A stretch of DNA of 64,000 nucleotides from Mobula birostris (lineage: Eukaryota), in assembly GCF_030028105.1 (NCBI RefSeq), contig NC_092384.1, positions 4,011,665-4,075,664 on the forward strand, given 5' to 3'. A program made the position numbers and the translations under genes. Positions 13,201 through 26,490 of the stretch are shown piece after piece. Under the pieces are notes generated by a model that had not been told where the DNA came from, searched no databases, and saw nothing but the letters and a program-made list of their open reading frames with translations. Each line of letters begins with the position of its first letter. The first letter of the stretch is position 1.

Positions 13201-13467
13201 GATCGACGTCGGGGACCGCGGTCCGCAGTTCACGCCTGCTAGCGTTGGAGACGGCAAGCTCTGGGCTCCGCAGACGGACGATCTTACGAGCCTTGCAGGG
13301 CGTGACAAAGTCGAAGAAACGGCGATTACATGCAGGGATCCGACGGAGGATAAAATAATAGACAGGTCCATTACAAACGGCGAAGAGGGAGTCCCGGACA
13401 TATGGAACTAACTGGGATAGTGACGCCAGGTACCTCCTCATAGTGGAGAGTGTGGCCCACAGAGCTG
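10286..13467 (-). mobile_element. Penelope-like element copy A (RT + GIY-YIG endonuclease), 5'-truncated and degenerate
   Basis: PGRPIVSACSCPT, TMDVQSLYTSIPH, VAMGTRM, RYMDDC (RT motifs); GVIYCVRCSLCG..IYIGETRCRLGDRFAEY (GIY-YIG). Confidence 0.9.
10671..10710. repeat. Compound (GAAT)5(AAAT)5 microsatellite in the Penelope 3' region
   Basis: Directly visible; absent from the paralogous position near 1140. Confidence 0.9.
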
Positions 13468-13769
13468 TACCAGAGGTGGTCTTGCAGGAAGCTCCCAATG
13501 TGCATTTCTTATTATTATACTCCGCTGTTTTCGCATTAAGGGCCAACGTTCTCCTGCATTCCCATTGCAAAGGCGTTTGTTTCGCGATTTCATCTGCCTG
13601 CAGTATTGTGCTATTTAAACACCAATCTGATATGTATCACTGAGGTGGGTAAACTCATTTAACTCCATATTGTGCTGCACGCGTCCATTGCCTTTAGAAT
13701 GTCTGGACAAACCTGGAGCACATTGCATTCCAACAAAAGCGCTAACATGCACAGACAATTGGCTGGCTG

Positions 13770-14455
13770 TCGGAAGGTGATGAGCTAAAATAAAGAGGCC
13801 ATTTTCTGGTTGGCTGCCAGTGACTAGCGGTGTTCTGCAGTAGTTGAGGTTCGTTCTGATATTTTTGCATGTTATACTAATGGTCTACATGGCGAAGCTG
13901 AATACAGTCTGTCCATATTTGCGGACGGTACAAAGATATGTAGAGGGTCTAATCTTTTTAAAGGAAGATTGTATCTGCAGAGTACCTGGATAGTTTGGAG
14001 GAATGGGGAAAGAAATGCCAAATAGAACAGGTGATAGGAACGTGTGTGTTCATGGTAGAAGAAATAAAGGTGTATGCTCTTTACTAGTGCAAAAATAATT
14101 CAGGAATTAGAGGTGTAAAGAGACTTCGGCGTCCTAATGAAATAATTCCTACATGATATTTTGCAGGTTGAGTCGATATCCAAGAAGGCGAATACAACGT
14201 TAGGGTTTATTTCGAGACGGTTAGATTTCACAAGCAAGGATGTAATGCAAAGGCTTCATGACGCGTTAGTAAGATCATATTTGGAACTTTCTGAGCAATT
14301 TTCGACTTGATACCAAAGGAAGGATGTGTTGCTCTTGGAGAATGACCAGAGGAAGTTTAAAACAATGATTCCGGGAACGAATGGGTTAACGTACAAGTGC
14401 TTGATGGCTCTGTGGCTCTACACGCTGGAATTCATAAGGGTGGAGGAAGGGGATA
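13770..14455 (+). mobile_element. Old CR1 ORF2 RT fragment
   Basis: Degenerate LPVTSGV..., FADGTKI and KDVLLLE..QRKF..MIPG motifs. Confidence 0.7.
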
Positions 14456-14554
14456 TCACAGAAACATAGAACCATAGAAAACATACAGCACAATACAGGC
14501 CCTTCGGCCCAAAATACTCTGGCGGACATCCCCCTAATTAGAACTACATAGGCT

Positions 14555-15634
14555 TTACCCATAGCTCTTTATTTTCCTAAGCTCCATGTAGCCATCCAGG
14601 AGTCTCTTAAAAGATCCTATCGTTTCAGCCGCCGGCAGCACATTCCACGCAATCACCACTCTCTGCGAGAAAAACTTACCCCTGACGTCTCCTCTGTATC
14701 TACTTCCAAGCACCTTAAAACTATGCCCTCTCGTGCTAGCCATTTCAGCCCTGGGGAAAAGCCTTTGAGTATCCACACACTCAATGCCTCTCATTATCTT
14801 ATACACTTCGATCATGTCACCTCTCATCCTCCTTTGTTCCAAGGAGAAAAGGCTGAGTTCACTCAACCTACTCTCATAAGACATGCTCCCCAATCCAGGC
14901 AACATCCTCCTAATGCTCCTTTTCACCCTTTCTATGGCTTCCACGTCCTTCCTGTAGTGAGGCGACCAGAAATGAGCACAGTACTCCAAGTGGTCTCTGA
15001 CTTGGGTCCTATATAGCTGCAAAATTACCTCTTGACTCTTAAACTCAATCACAAGATTGATGAAGGCCAATGCACCGTATGCCTTCTTAACTACAGAGTC
15101 AACCTGCGCAGCAGTTTTGAGTGTCCTATGGTCTCGGACCCCAAGATCCCGCTGATCCTGCACACTGCCAAGAGTCTTTACATTAATGCTGTATTCTGCC
15201 ATCGTATTTGACCTACCAAAATGAACCACTGCACGCTTATCTGGGTTGAACTCCATCTGCCACTTCTCAGCCCAGTTTTGCATCTTATCAATGCCCCGCT
15301 GTAACGTCTGACAGCCCTCCACACTATTCACAACACCTCCAACCTTTGTGTCATCAGCAAACTTACTAACCCATCTCTCCCCTTCCTCATCCCCTTCCTC
15401 ATCCAGGTCATTTATAAAAATTACGAAGAGTAGGGTTCCCAGAACAGATCCCTGAGGCACTCCACTGGTGACTGACCTCCATGCAGAATATGATTCGTCT
15501 ACAACCACTCTTTGCCTTCTGTGGATAAGCCAGTTCTGGGTCCACAAAGCAATGTCCACTTGGATCCTATGCCTCCTTACTTTCTCAATAAGCCTTGCAT
15601 GGGTTAGCTTATCAAATGCCTTGCTAAAATCCAT
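14555..15634 (-). pseudogene. CR1 ORF2 RT domain and C-terminus (359-codon open remnant)
   Basis: [25 protein letters not shown] and ERVK...MLPG motifs; upstream ORF2 is broken. Confidence 0.9.
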
Positions 15635-17681
15635 ATATACTACATCTATGACTCAATTTTCATTAATGTGCACAGTCACACCCTCAAAAAATTCAATCAG
15701 GCTCGTAAGGCACAACCTGCCTTTGACAAAGCCATGTTGACTATTCCGAATCATAGTATGCCTCTCCAAATCTTCATAAATCCGGCCTCTCAGGAACTTC
15801 TCCATCAACTTAAGAACCACTGAAGTAAGACTCACTGGCCTATAATTCCCTGGGCTATACCTACTGCCGTTCATGCATAAGGGAACAGCCTCCGCAACAC
15901 TACAATCCGCCGGAACCTCTCACGTCCTCATTGATGAAGCAAAGATCATTGCCAGGGGCTCAGCAATCTCCTCCCTTGCTTATCAAAGTAGCCTGGGGTA
16001 CATCCCTTCTGGTCCCGGTGACTTATCCAACTTGATGCTTTCCAAAATCTCCAGCACGTCCTCTTTCTTAATATCTACATTCTCAAGCTTTCCAGTCCAA
16101 CGCAAGTCATCCCTACAATCGCTAACATCCTTTTCCGTCGTGAATACTGAAGCAAAGTATTCATTCAGTACGTATGCTAACTCCTCCAGTTCCATACAGA
16201 CTTTTCCACTGCCACATTTTATTGGTTCTATTCACTTACATCTTATCCTCTTGCTCTTCACATACTTGTAGAATGCCTTGGGGGTTTCCTTAATCCTGCC
16301 CACCACGGCTTTCTCATGGCCCCTTCTGGCTCTCCTAATTTTATTCTTAAGATCCTTCCTGCTAGCCTTATAATCTTCAAGATTCATATCATTACCTATC
16401 TTTTTGTACCTTTCGTAACCTCATCTTTTCTTTTTGACTAGATATGCAACAGCCTTTGTACACCACGGATCTTGTATCCTACCATCCTTTCCATATCTCA
16501 TTGGAACATACCTGCTCAGAACCCCACGCAGATATCTCCTGAACATTTGCCACATTTCTTCTGTACGTTTCCCTTAGAACATCTTTTTCCAGTATATGCT
16601 TCCAAGTTCCTTCCTGATAGCTTCATATTTCACCTTACTCCTATTAAACGTTTCCCTAACTTGTCTGTTCCTATCTCTCTCTCTAATGCTATGGTAAAGG
16701 AGATAGAATTGTGATCACTATCTCCAAAATGCCCTCCCACTGGGAGATCTGGCACCTGACCAGGTTCATTTCCCAATACCAAATCAAGTACAGCCTCTCC
16801 TCTTGTAAGCTTATCTACATATTGTGTCAAGAAACCTTCCTAAACACACGTAACAAACTCCACTCCATCTAAACCCCTCATTCTAGGGAGATGTTAATCA
16901 ATATTTCGAAAACTAAAATCTCCCAACACAACGACCATGTTATTATTACTGCTTTCCAGAATCTGTCTCTCTATCTGCTCCTCGATGTCCCTATTACTAT
17001 TGGGCGGTCTATAAAAAACACCCAGTAGAATTCTTGACCCCTTCCTTTTCCTAACTTCCACCTACAGAGACTCCGTAGCCAACCCCACCATAACTTCCTC
17101 CTTTTCTGTAGCAGTGACACTATCTCTGATCAACAGTGCCACGCCCCCCCAACTCTTTTGCCCCCATCCCAATCCTTTCTGAAATATCGAAAGCCTTGCA
17201 CTCGAAGTAGCCATTCCTGCCCCTGCACCATCCAAGTCTCTGTAATGGCCACAATATCATAGCTCCAAGTGCTGATCTACACTCTAAGCTTATTCACTTT
17301 ATTCACGATAATCTTCCAATTAAAATAGACGCATCTCAAACCATCGGTCTGAGTGCGTCCCTTCTCTATTACCTGCCTATCCTCCCTTTCGCACTGCCTC
17401 CAAGCTTTATCTATTTGTGAGCCAACCTGCCTTTCCTCCTTTTTTTCAGTTCGGTTCCCACCCCCCAGCCATTCTATTTTAAACTCTCCCCAATAGCCTT
17501 AACAAACCTTGCTGCCAGGATATTGTTTCACCTCGGATTCAAGTGCGAACTGTCCTTTTTGTACAGGTCACACCTGCCCCAGAAGATGTCCCAATAATCC
17601 AGTAATCTGAATCACTGCCCCCTGCTCCAAACCCTCAGCCACGCATTTATCCTCCATCTCATTCTATTCCTATACTCACTG

Positions 17682-18215
17682 TCACGTGACACCGGCAGTC
17701 ATCCGGAGATTACTACCTTCGAGGTCCTGCTTCTCAACTTCCTTCCTAACTCCCTGTAGACTGTTTTTCAGGACCTCATCCCTTTTGCTACCTATGTCGT
17801 TGGTACCAATATGTACCACGGCCTCTGGCTGTTCTCCTTCCCACTTCAAGATATCGTGGACGCAATCAGAAACATCCCGGACCCTGGCACCTGGGAGGCA
17901 ATCTACCAGCCACGTTTCTTTCCTGCGACCAGAGAATTGCCTATCGGACCCCCTAAATAGAGAATCAACTATTACTGCTGCCATCCTCTTCTTTTCCTTA
18001 CTGTTCTGAGCCATAGAGCCAGACTCTCTGCCAGAGGCGCGACCACTGTTGCTTCCCCAGGTAGGTCGTTCCCCCCCCCCCACCCCCGCAAGAGTACTCA
18101 AATATAAATACTTATTATTAAGGGGGACAGCCACTGTGGTACTCTCTGCTTCTTGCCCTTCCCTCTCCTGACTGTTACCCACTTCTCTGTTTCCTGTGGC
18201 CCCGGGGTGGACCAC
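17682..18215 (-). pseudogene. CR1 ORF1 SGNH/GDSL esterase domain remnant
   Basis: VIVDSLFRG, CLPGARV and VVHIGTNDIG blocks. Confidence 0.8.
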
Positions 18216-18556
18216 AGAGCCTATGGCTCTTCTCTATCACCTCCTGACTCTCCCTGACCAGACGAAGGTCATCGAATTGCATCTCCAGTTCCCTAACTCA
18301 GTCTCTATGGAGCTGGAGCTCGACGTACCTGTTGCAGATGTGGTCGTCTGGGAAGCCGGGAGCCTCCAGGACCTCCTTCACCTGACACCGAGTACAGAAA
18401 ACCGGCCTAACACACATACTTTCTGACTTTATTTTAAACAGATAACCTAAAAGGCCTGGACCCCTTATCGCCTCAGCCTCGTTGAGCCAAAGCCTTCCTA
18501 CTCTGTCTCCTACTGCTCCGTCACCCGCTCCTCCAACGGCCGCTCTGTAAATCTAC

Positions 18557-19695
18557 ATAGAAGCATAGAAAACATACAGCACAATACAGGACCTTCGGCC
18601 CACAAAGCTGTGCCGAACACGTCCCTACATTAGAACAACCTAGGTTTTACACAAAGCCCTCTATTTTTAAGCTCCATATAGTCATCCAGGAGTCTCTTAA
18701 AAGACCCTATCGTTTCCGCCTCCACCACTGGCACCAGCAGCCCATACCATGCACTCACCACTCTCTGCATAAACAACTTACCCCTGACAACTTCTCTAAT
18801 TTAAAGCACGTTAAAACTATGCCCTCTAGTGCTAGCCATGCAGAAAAGCCTCTGACTATCCACACGATCAATGACTCTCATTGTCTTGTGCATCTCTATC
18901 AAGTCACCTCTCATCCTCAGCTCCAAGGAAAAAAGACAGAGTTCACTCAACCTATTTTCATAAAGAATGCTCCCAAATCCAGGCAACATCCTTGAAAATC
19001 TCATCTGCACCCTTTCTATGGTTTCGACATCATTCCTGTAGTGAGGCGACCTGAATTGAGCACAGTACTCCAAGCGGGGTCTGACCAAGGTCCTATACAG
19101 CTGCAACTTTACCTCTCGGCTCTTAAACTTAATCCCACGATTGATGAAGGCCAATGCACCGTATGCCTTTTTAACCACACAGTCAACCTGCATAGCAGCT
19201 TTGAGTGTCCTATGGACATGGACCCCAAGATCTCTCTGATCCTCCACACTACCAAGAATCTTACCATTAGTATTATATTCTGTCTTCAAATTTGACCTAC
19301 CAAAATGAACCACTTCACACTTACCTGGGCTGAACTCGATCTGCCACTTCTTAGCATCCTATCAATGTCCTGCTGTAACCTCTGACAACCCTCCTAACTA
19401 TCCACAACATCCCCAAATTGTGTGTCATCTGCAAACTTCCTAACCTACTCTTCTACTTCCTCATCCAGGTCATTTATAACAATCACAAAGAGGAGGGGTC
19501 CCAGAACAGATCCTTGTGGAACACCACTGGCCACCAACCTCCATGTAGAATATGACCCATCTACAACCTCCCTTTGCCTTCTGTGTGTAAGCCAATTCTG
19601 GATTGACAAAACAAGGTCTCCTTCGATCCCATGGCTCCTTACTTTCTGAATGATCCTTGCATGTGGAACATTGTCAAATGCCTTACTAAAATTCA
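18557..19695 (-). mobile_element. CR1 family A, 3' part of an element split by a family-B insertion
   Basis: Tail acatagaagcatagaaaacatacagc; RT ORFs 18801-19313 and 19445-19756; continues at 23213. Confidence 0.85.
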
Positions 19696-22600
19696 ATAGA
19701 CAATAGGCAATAGGTGCAGGAGTAGGCCATTTGGCCCTTTGAGCCAGCACCGCCATTCATTGTGATCATGGCTGATCATCAACAATCAGTATCTAGTTCC
19801 TGCCTTATCCCCATAACCTTTGATTCTGCTATCTTTAAGAGCTCTATCCATCTCTTTCTTGAAAGCATCCAGAGACTTGGCCTCCACAGCCTTCGGGGGC
19901 AGAGCATTCCATATATCCACCACTCTCTGGGTGAAAAAGTTTTTCCTCAACTCCGTTCTACATGGCCTACCCCTTATTCGTAAACTGTGGCCTCTGGTTC
20001 TGGACTCACCCATCAGCGGGAACATGCTTCCTGCCTCCAGCGAGTCCAATCCCTTAATAATCTTATATGTTTCAATAAGATCCCCTCTCAGCCTTCAAAA
20101 TTCCAGAGTATACAAGCCCAGTCACTCCAATCTTTCGACATATGACAGTCCTGCCATCCCAGGAATTGACCTTGTGAACCTACGCTGCACTCCCTCAATA
20201 GCAAGAATGTCTTTCCTCAAATTTGGAGACCAAAACTGCACACAGTACTCCAGGTGTGGTCTCACCAGGGCATTGTACAGCTGCAGAAGGACCTCTTTGC
20301 TCTTATACTCAATTGCCCTTGTTACGAAGGCCAGCATGCCATTAGCTTTCTTCACTGCCTGCTGTACTTGCATGCTTGCTTTCAGTGACTGATGTACAAA
20401 GACACCTAGATCTCGTTGTGCTTCCCCTTTTCCTAACTTGACTCCACTTAAGTAATAATCTGCCTTCCCTCTCTTACCACCAAAGTGGATAACCTCACAT
20501 TTATCCACATTAAACTGCATCTGCCATGCATCTGCCCACTCACCCAGCCTGTCCAAGTCACCCTGCATTCTCGTTACAACCTCCTCACATTTCACACTGC
20601 CACCCAGCTTTGTGTCATCGGCAAATTTGCTAATGTTACTTTTAATTCCCTCATCTAAATCATTAATATACATTGTAAACAGCTGCGGTCCCAGCACTGA
20701 ACCCTGCGTTACCCCACTGGTCACCGCCTGCCATTCCGAAAGGGACCCATTAATCGCTACACTTTGTTTTCTGTCAGCCAGCCAATTTTCAATCTATGTC
20801 ATTACTCTGCCCCCAATACCATGTGCCCTAATTTTGCCCACTAATCTCCTATGTGTGACTTTATCAAAGGCTTTCTGAAAGTCCAGGTACACTACATCCA
20901 CTGGCTCTCCTTTGTCCATTTTCATAGTTACATCCTCAAAAAATTCCAGAAGATTAGTCAAGCACGATTTCCCCTTCATAAATCCATCTGACTCAGACCA
21001 ATCCTGTTACTGCCATCCAGATGTGTCATAATTTCATCTTTTATAGTTGACTCCAGCATCTTTCCCACCACTGACGTCAGGCTAACCGGTCTATAATTCC
21101 CTGTTTTCTCTCTTCCTCCCTTCTTGAAGAGAGGGACAATATTAGCCATCCTCCAATCCACAGGAGCTGATCCTGAATCCATAGAACATTGGAAAATGAT
21201 TACCAATGTGTCCATGATTTCTAAAGCTACCTCCTTAAGTACCCTGGTATGCAGACCATCAGGTCCCGGGGACTTAACAGCCTTCAGACCCAACAGCCTA
21301 TCCAACACCATTTCCTGCCTAATATAAATTTCCTTCAGTTCATCCATTCCCTTAGGTCCCTTGGCCCCTATTACATCTGGGAGATTGTTTGTGTCTTCCC
21401 TAGTGAAGACAGATCCAAAGTATCTGTTCAACTCATCTGCTATTTCCTTATTCCCCATAATAAATTCATCTGCTTCTGTCTTCAAGGGCCCAATTTTGGA
21501 CTTAACTATTTTTTCCCTTTTCACATACCTAAAGAGGCTTTTACTATCCTCCTTTATATTCTTGGCTAGTTTACCTTTGTACCTCATTTTTTTTTCTCCA
21601 CATATCGCCTTTTTAGTTAACTTCTGTTGCTCTTTAAAAGTTTCCCAATCCTCCTGCTTCCCACTCGTCTTTGCCATGTTATACTTCTTCTCTTTTATTG
21701 TGATACTGTCCATTACCTACCTTGCCAGCCACAGCCTCCCCTTACTCCCCTTAGGAACTTTCTTCCTCTTTGGAATGAACTGATCCTGCACCCTCCGCAT
21801 TATTTCCAGAAACACTTGCCATTGCTGTTCTACCATCATCCCTGCTAGGGTATTGTTCCATTGTACTTTGGCCAGCTCCTCCCTCATAGCACCATAGTTC
21901 CCTTTGTTCAACGGTAATACTGACACTTCCGAGTTTCCCTTCTCCCTCTCAACTTGTAGATTAAAACTTATCATATTATGGTCACTACCTCCTAATGGCT
22001 CCTTTAACTCGAGGTCCCTGATCAAATCCGGTTCATTGCACAACACTAAATCTAGAATTATGTTCTCTCTGGTAGGCTCCAGTACAAGCTGTTCTAAGAA
22101 TCCATCTCGGAGGGACTCCACAAGCTCCCTTTCTTGGGGTCCAGTACCAACCTGATTCTTCCAGTCTACCTGCATGTTGAAATCCCCCATAACAACTGCA
22201 ACATTACCTTTGCGACATGCCAATTTTAACTCTTGATTCAACTTGCACCCTACATCCAGACTACTGTTTGGGGCCTGCAGTTAACTCCCATTAGGGTCTT
22301 TCTACCCTTAGAATTTCTCAGTTCTATCCATACCGACTCCTGATTCCAAGTCCCCCCTCGCAAGGGACTGAATATCATTCCTCACCAACAGAGCCACCCC
22401 ACCCCCTCTGCCCATCAGTCTGTCCTTTTGATAGGACGTATACCCTTGAATATTTATTTCCCAGGCCCTGTCCACTTGAACCCATGTCTCTGTTATTCCC
22501 ACATCATACTTACCAACTGTGCTTCAAGCTCATCCACTTTATTTCTTATGCTCCGTGCATTCACGTACAATACTTTTAATTCATTACTCCCCTCACCTCC

Positions 22601-23212
22601 CATATCAATTCCTATTTCACTTGGCCATACTGTACGATCCCTACTTGAGCTTTCTGCTCTGTTGATTCTGCTGTCGTTTTTAACTTTTCTTATTCTCACT
22701 TTCCCTTTATCTCCATCCTTATGTTTCCAGATCGTCCCCTCCCTCCCACTACTTAGTTTAAATACACCCGTGTTGCAGAGGCAAACCTGCCTGCCAGAAT
22801 GCTGGTGCCCCGCTTATTAAGGTGCAACCCGTCCCTTTTGTACAATTTATCCTTACCCCGAAACGTACCCCAATGGTCCAAGAATGTAAATCCTTGCTTC
22901 TTGCACCAGTTCCTCAGCCACATATTCAGATCCATAATCTCCCTGTTCTTGACCACTCCAGCATGGGGAACTGGAAGCAAACCGGAGATAACCACCCTGG
23001 AAGTCCTGCTTTTCAGCCTTCTTCCGAGTTCTCTGAAGTCACGCTGTAGAATGTCTTTCCTCTTCTTCCCCACGTCATTTGTGCCGACATGCACCACCAC
23101 TTCCGGATGTTCACCTTCATTCTTGACGATTCCCTGCAATTGGTCCGTGACATCCTGGATCCAGGCACCAGGGAGGCAACACACCATCCTTAAATCTCGC
23201 CTGTTGCCACAG
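19696..23212 (-). mobile_element. CR1 family B, 5'-truncated within ORF1, with a 7-bp TSD AAATTCA
   Basis: Tail aatagacaataggcaatagg; ORFs 19786-23298 cover esterase, APE and RT (KFADDTK); AAATTCA at 19689-19695 and 23213-23219. Confidence 0.9.
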
Positions 23213-26190
23213 AAATTCACATTCACTACATCCACATTCACATCCACTCCTCTGCCTTCATCAATCTTAAAGAATTCAATCTGGTCCGTAAAGCACAACC
23301 TGCCTTGACAAAGCCATGCTGAATATCCCTAATCAGATCATATCTCTCCAAATGTTAATAAGTCTTGCCTCTTGGGACCTTCTCCAAGAACTTGCCAACC
23401 ACTCAATTAAGACTCACTGGTCTATAATTTCCTGGGTTATGTCTACCCCCTTTCTTGAACAAGGGAACAACATTTGCAATCCTCTAATACTCTGGTATTT
23501 CTCCCATCCCTATTGATGATGCAAAGACCATCGCCAGAGACTCAGGAATCTCCTCCCTCAATTCCTACAGTAGCCTGGGGTACATCTCATCCAGACCCGC
23601 GACTTATCTCACTCAATACTTTTCAAAAGCTCCAGCGCATCCTCTTTCTTAATGTCTATTTGCTCAAGCATTTCAGTCCGCTGTAAGTCATCCCCACAAT
23701 TGCCAAAGTCCTTTTTCTTGGTGAATACTGAAGCAAAGTATTAATTAAGTACCTCAGCTACTTCTTCTGACTCCATGCAAACGTTTCCACTATCGCACAT
23801 GATTGGTCCTATCCTCTCACGTCTTATCCTCTTGCTCTTCACATACTTTAGAATGCCTTGGGGTTTTCCTTAATCCTGCTCACCAGAACTTTCTGTTGGC
23901 CCCTTCTAGCTCTCCTCATTTCATTATTGAGCTCTTTTCTGGCAATCTTGTAATTTTCTAGAACTCTGACAGTATCTTGTTTCTTAAACCTTTCATGACC
24001 TTTTCTTTTCTTCCTACCTTGATTTTCTATATCTTTTGTACACCATGGATCTTGTACCCCACCATCCTTTCCCTACCTTAATGAAACATACCTATACAGA
24101 ATGTCATGCAAACATTTGAACATTTGCCACATTTCTGCCATGCATTTCCCTGAGAACATCTGCTCCCAAGTTTCTGCTGAATAGCATCATATTCCCCCCT
24201 ACCCCAATGAAATGTTATCCCAAATTGTCTGCTCCTATCCCTCTCCAGCTCAACAGTAAAGGAGATAGAGTTGTGATCACTACCTCCAAAATGCTCTCCC
24301 ACTGAGAGATCTGACACCTGACCAGGTTCATTTCCCAATATTAGATCAAGTACAGCCTCTCCTCTAGTTGGGTTATTTACATATTATGTCAGGAAACCTT
24401 CCTGAACACACCTAACAAACTCCACCCCATCCAAACCCCTTGCTCTAAGGAGATGCCAGTCAATATTAGGAAAGTTAAAATCACCCATCACAGCAACCCC
24501 ATTATTATTGCTCCATTCCAGAATCTGCCTCCCTGTTTGCTCCTCGATGTCTCTACACTATTTAGGGGGGAGTTCTATAACAACACCCAGTAGAGTTATT
24601 GCCCCTTTCCTGTTTCTGACTTCCACCCACACTGACTCAGTAGACAATCCCTCCATGACTTCCTCCTTTTCTGCAGCCGTGATAATACTAGTGATTAGCA
24701 ATGCCACTTCACCAGCTCTCTTGCCTCCCTCCCTGTCCTTTTTGAAACATCTAAAGCCTGGCACACTCAGCAGCCATTCCTGTCCCTGAGACATCCGTCT
24801 CTATAATGGCTGCAATGTTATAGTTCTACATATTGATCCATGCTCTAAGTTCATCCGGCTTGTTTATGATACTCCTTGCATTAAAATAGACACATCTCAA
24901 ACCATCAGGCTGAGTGCATCTGTGCTCTAACATCTGCCTATCCTTCCTCACAAACACCCGTCTCTACTTCTCCACTTGTGCGCCAACTGCCCCATCCTTT
25001 CTTTGCCTCTTCACTTCTGTTCCCACTCTAGTTCAAAATCTTGTTTAAACGCTCCTGAATAGCATTAGCAAATTTCCCCCCCCCCCCCACCCCCCATCCC
25101 CCAGAATATTGCTTCCCCTCCAGTTCAGGTGCAATCCATCTCACTTGTACCGGTCACCCTTCCCCAGAAAAGGTTCCAATGATCCAAGAACCCTTCCCCC
25201 TGCACCATCTCCTCAGCCACTCATTTGTCTGTGCTGTCCTCCTGTTCTGACCTACCCTAACTCTAGCTCGTGGCACTGGGAGTAATCTGGAAATTACCAC
25301 CTTGGAGGTCCTGATCTTCACCCTGCTTCATAACTCCCTAATGTTACTGCACAGGACCTCTACCTCTCTCCTGCCTATGTCATTGGTACCAACGGGTACC
25401 ACGACCGCCGACTGTTTCACCTCCCCTTCAAGAATATTCTGCAACTGCTCAGAGACACCCTGGACCCTAGCACCCTGGAGGCAACACACTGTCCTGGCAT
25501 CTCTTTTGCTACTGCAGAATGTCCTATCTGTCCCCCTAACTATCGAGTCTCCAATTGCTGTACTTGACTTCACCCCACCTTTCTGAGGCTCAGTGCCGAC
25601 CACAGTGCTATTGGTCTGGCTACTGCTGCCTTGCCCAGATACGTCATCCCCCACAGCAATATCCAAAGGGGTAGACCTGTTTCTGAGGAGGATGGCCACA
25701 GCGGGACCCTGCACTGAATTCTTTCTCCCGTTACCCCTCTCGGTGTTCATCCATCTACTCCCTGAATTCTGCACTCTGGGTGTCAAAAGTCTTATCTATT
25801 AATTGCTCTGCCTCCCAGATAATTCCAAGTTCATCCAAATCCAGCTTTAGCTCCTTTAACGCAGTCTTTCAGGAGCGGAGTTGGCTGCACTTCCAGCAGG
25901 TGTAGTCATCAGAGAGACCATCAGGTTCCATGAATTCCCACATCCTACAGGAGGAGCATTCCACTGCCATATCTGCAATCCTGCCTGCACTGTACAATGG
26001 GCAGGACCAGGACCAAATCAGCAATAATGAAAGGTAAAAACACCCTCTCATCCCTGTTTCTTAGGCCTCAGCCTCTTTTCATCAAAGCTTTGAGCCAAAA
26101 CCTCTCATCTTTCACTCTTACTCTAGCCCCCAGTCCAATGATGGCTGCTCTGACGATGGCCGCTTCACTGGTCTCTATCTCTCTTTTATA
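23213..26190 (-). mobile_element. CR1 family A, 5' part (RT N-terminus, APE, ORF1, 5' UTR)
   Basis: MAVECSSCRMW...YTCWKC zinc finger (25869-26051); IGDSIVRG esterase (25328-25786); SVWVEVRNRKG APE. Confidence 0.85.
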
Positions 26191-26309
26191 GTTTAAAAAG
26201 TAAACCCCCATGCAAGGAGAAGAAACTCACCGCATTCAGTGGTGCTCCACCTGCCTTCCGCAGTCGCTGATGCCTCTGATGCTCCCCGCGCCTGCGTGCT
26301 GGCTATTGA

Positions 26310-26490
26310 TTTGGAAGTTACCTTGTATCCATCTCCTGACTTGTGCTTTTTAATGACCTTTTCGTGGTCTTGCTTGGAGTGTTCTTTTGTCTTCACAGCG
26401 TAGTTTTTATCAGGATACTGACTCACCAGCAGTTGGACTTTCCAGATACGTGTGTATTTTTACTACAATCAATTGAAACACCTTGACTGC
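26310..26490 (-). mobile_element. Tc1/mariner remnant, transposase N-terminus (split by Gypsy element 2)
   Basis: KTKEHSKQDHEKVIKKHKSGDGYK resembles a Tc1 paired-like HTH start; continues at 31381. Confidence 0.75.

Larger units (their letters stand above)
14460..18550 (-). mobile_element. Near full-length CR1 LINE, family A (ACATAGAA-type tail on the + strand)
   Basis: ORF1 zinc-finger and SGNH esterase remnants (17682-18215), APE remnants, RT ORF 14555-15634, and tail agaaacatagaaccatagaaaacatacagc. Confidence 0.9.

Noticed and set aside
12668-13570. 300-aa ORF as a host gene
   Set aside because: It is the Penelope N-terminal low-complexity region fused by chance to flanking sequence at the truncation point near 13467
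19820-22820. Long + strand ORFs (e.g. 19820-20392, 21361-21783; also 9552-9899 and 61071-61544 elsewhere)
   Set aside because: Antisense shadows of CR1 or Penelope coding sequence
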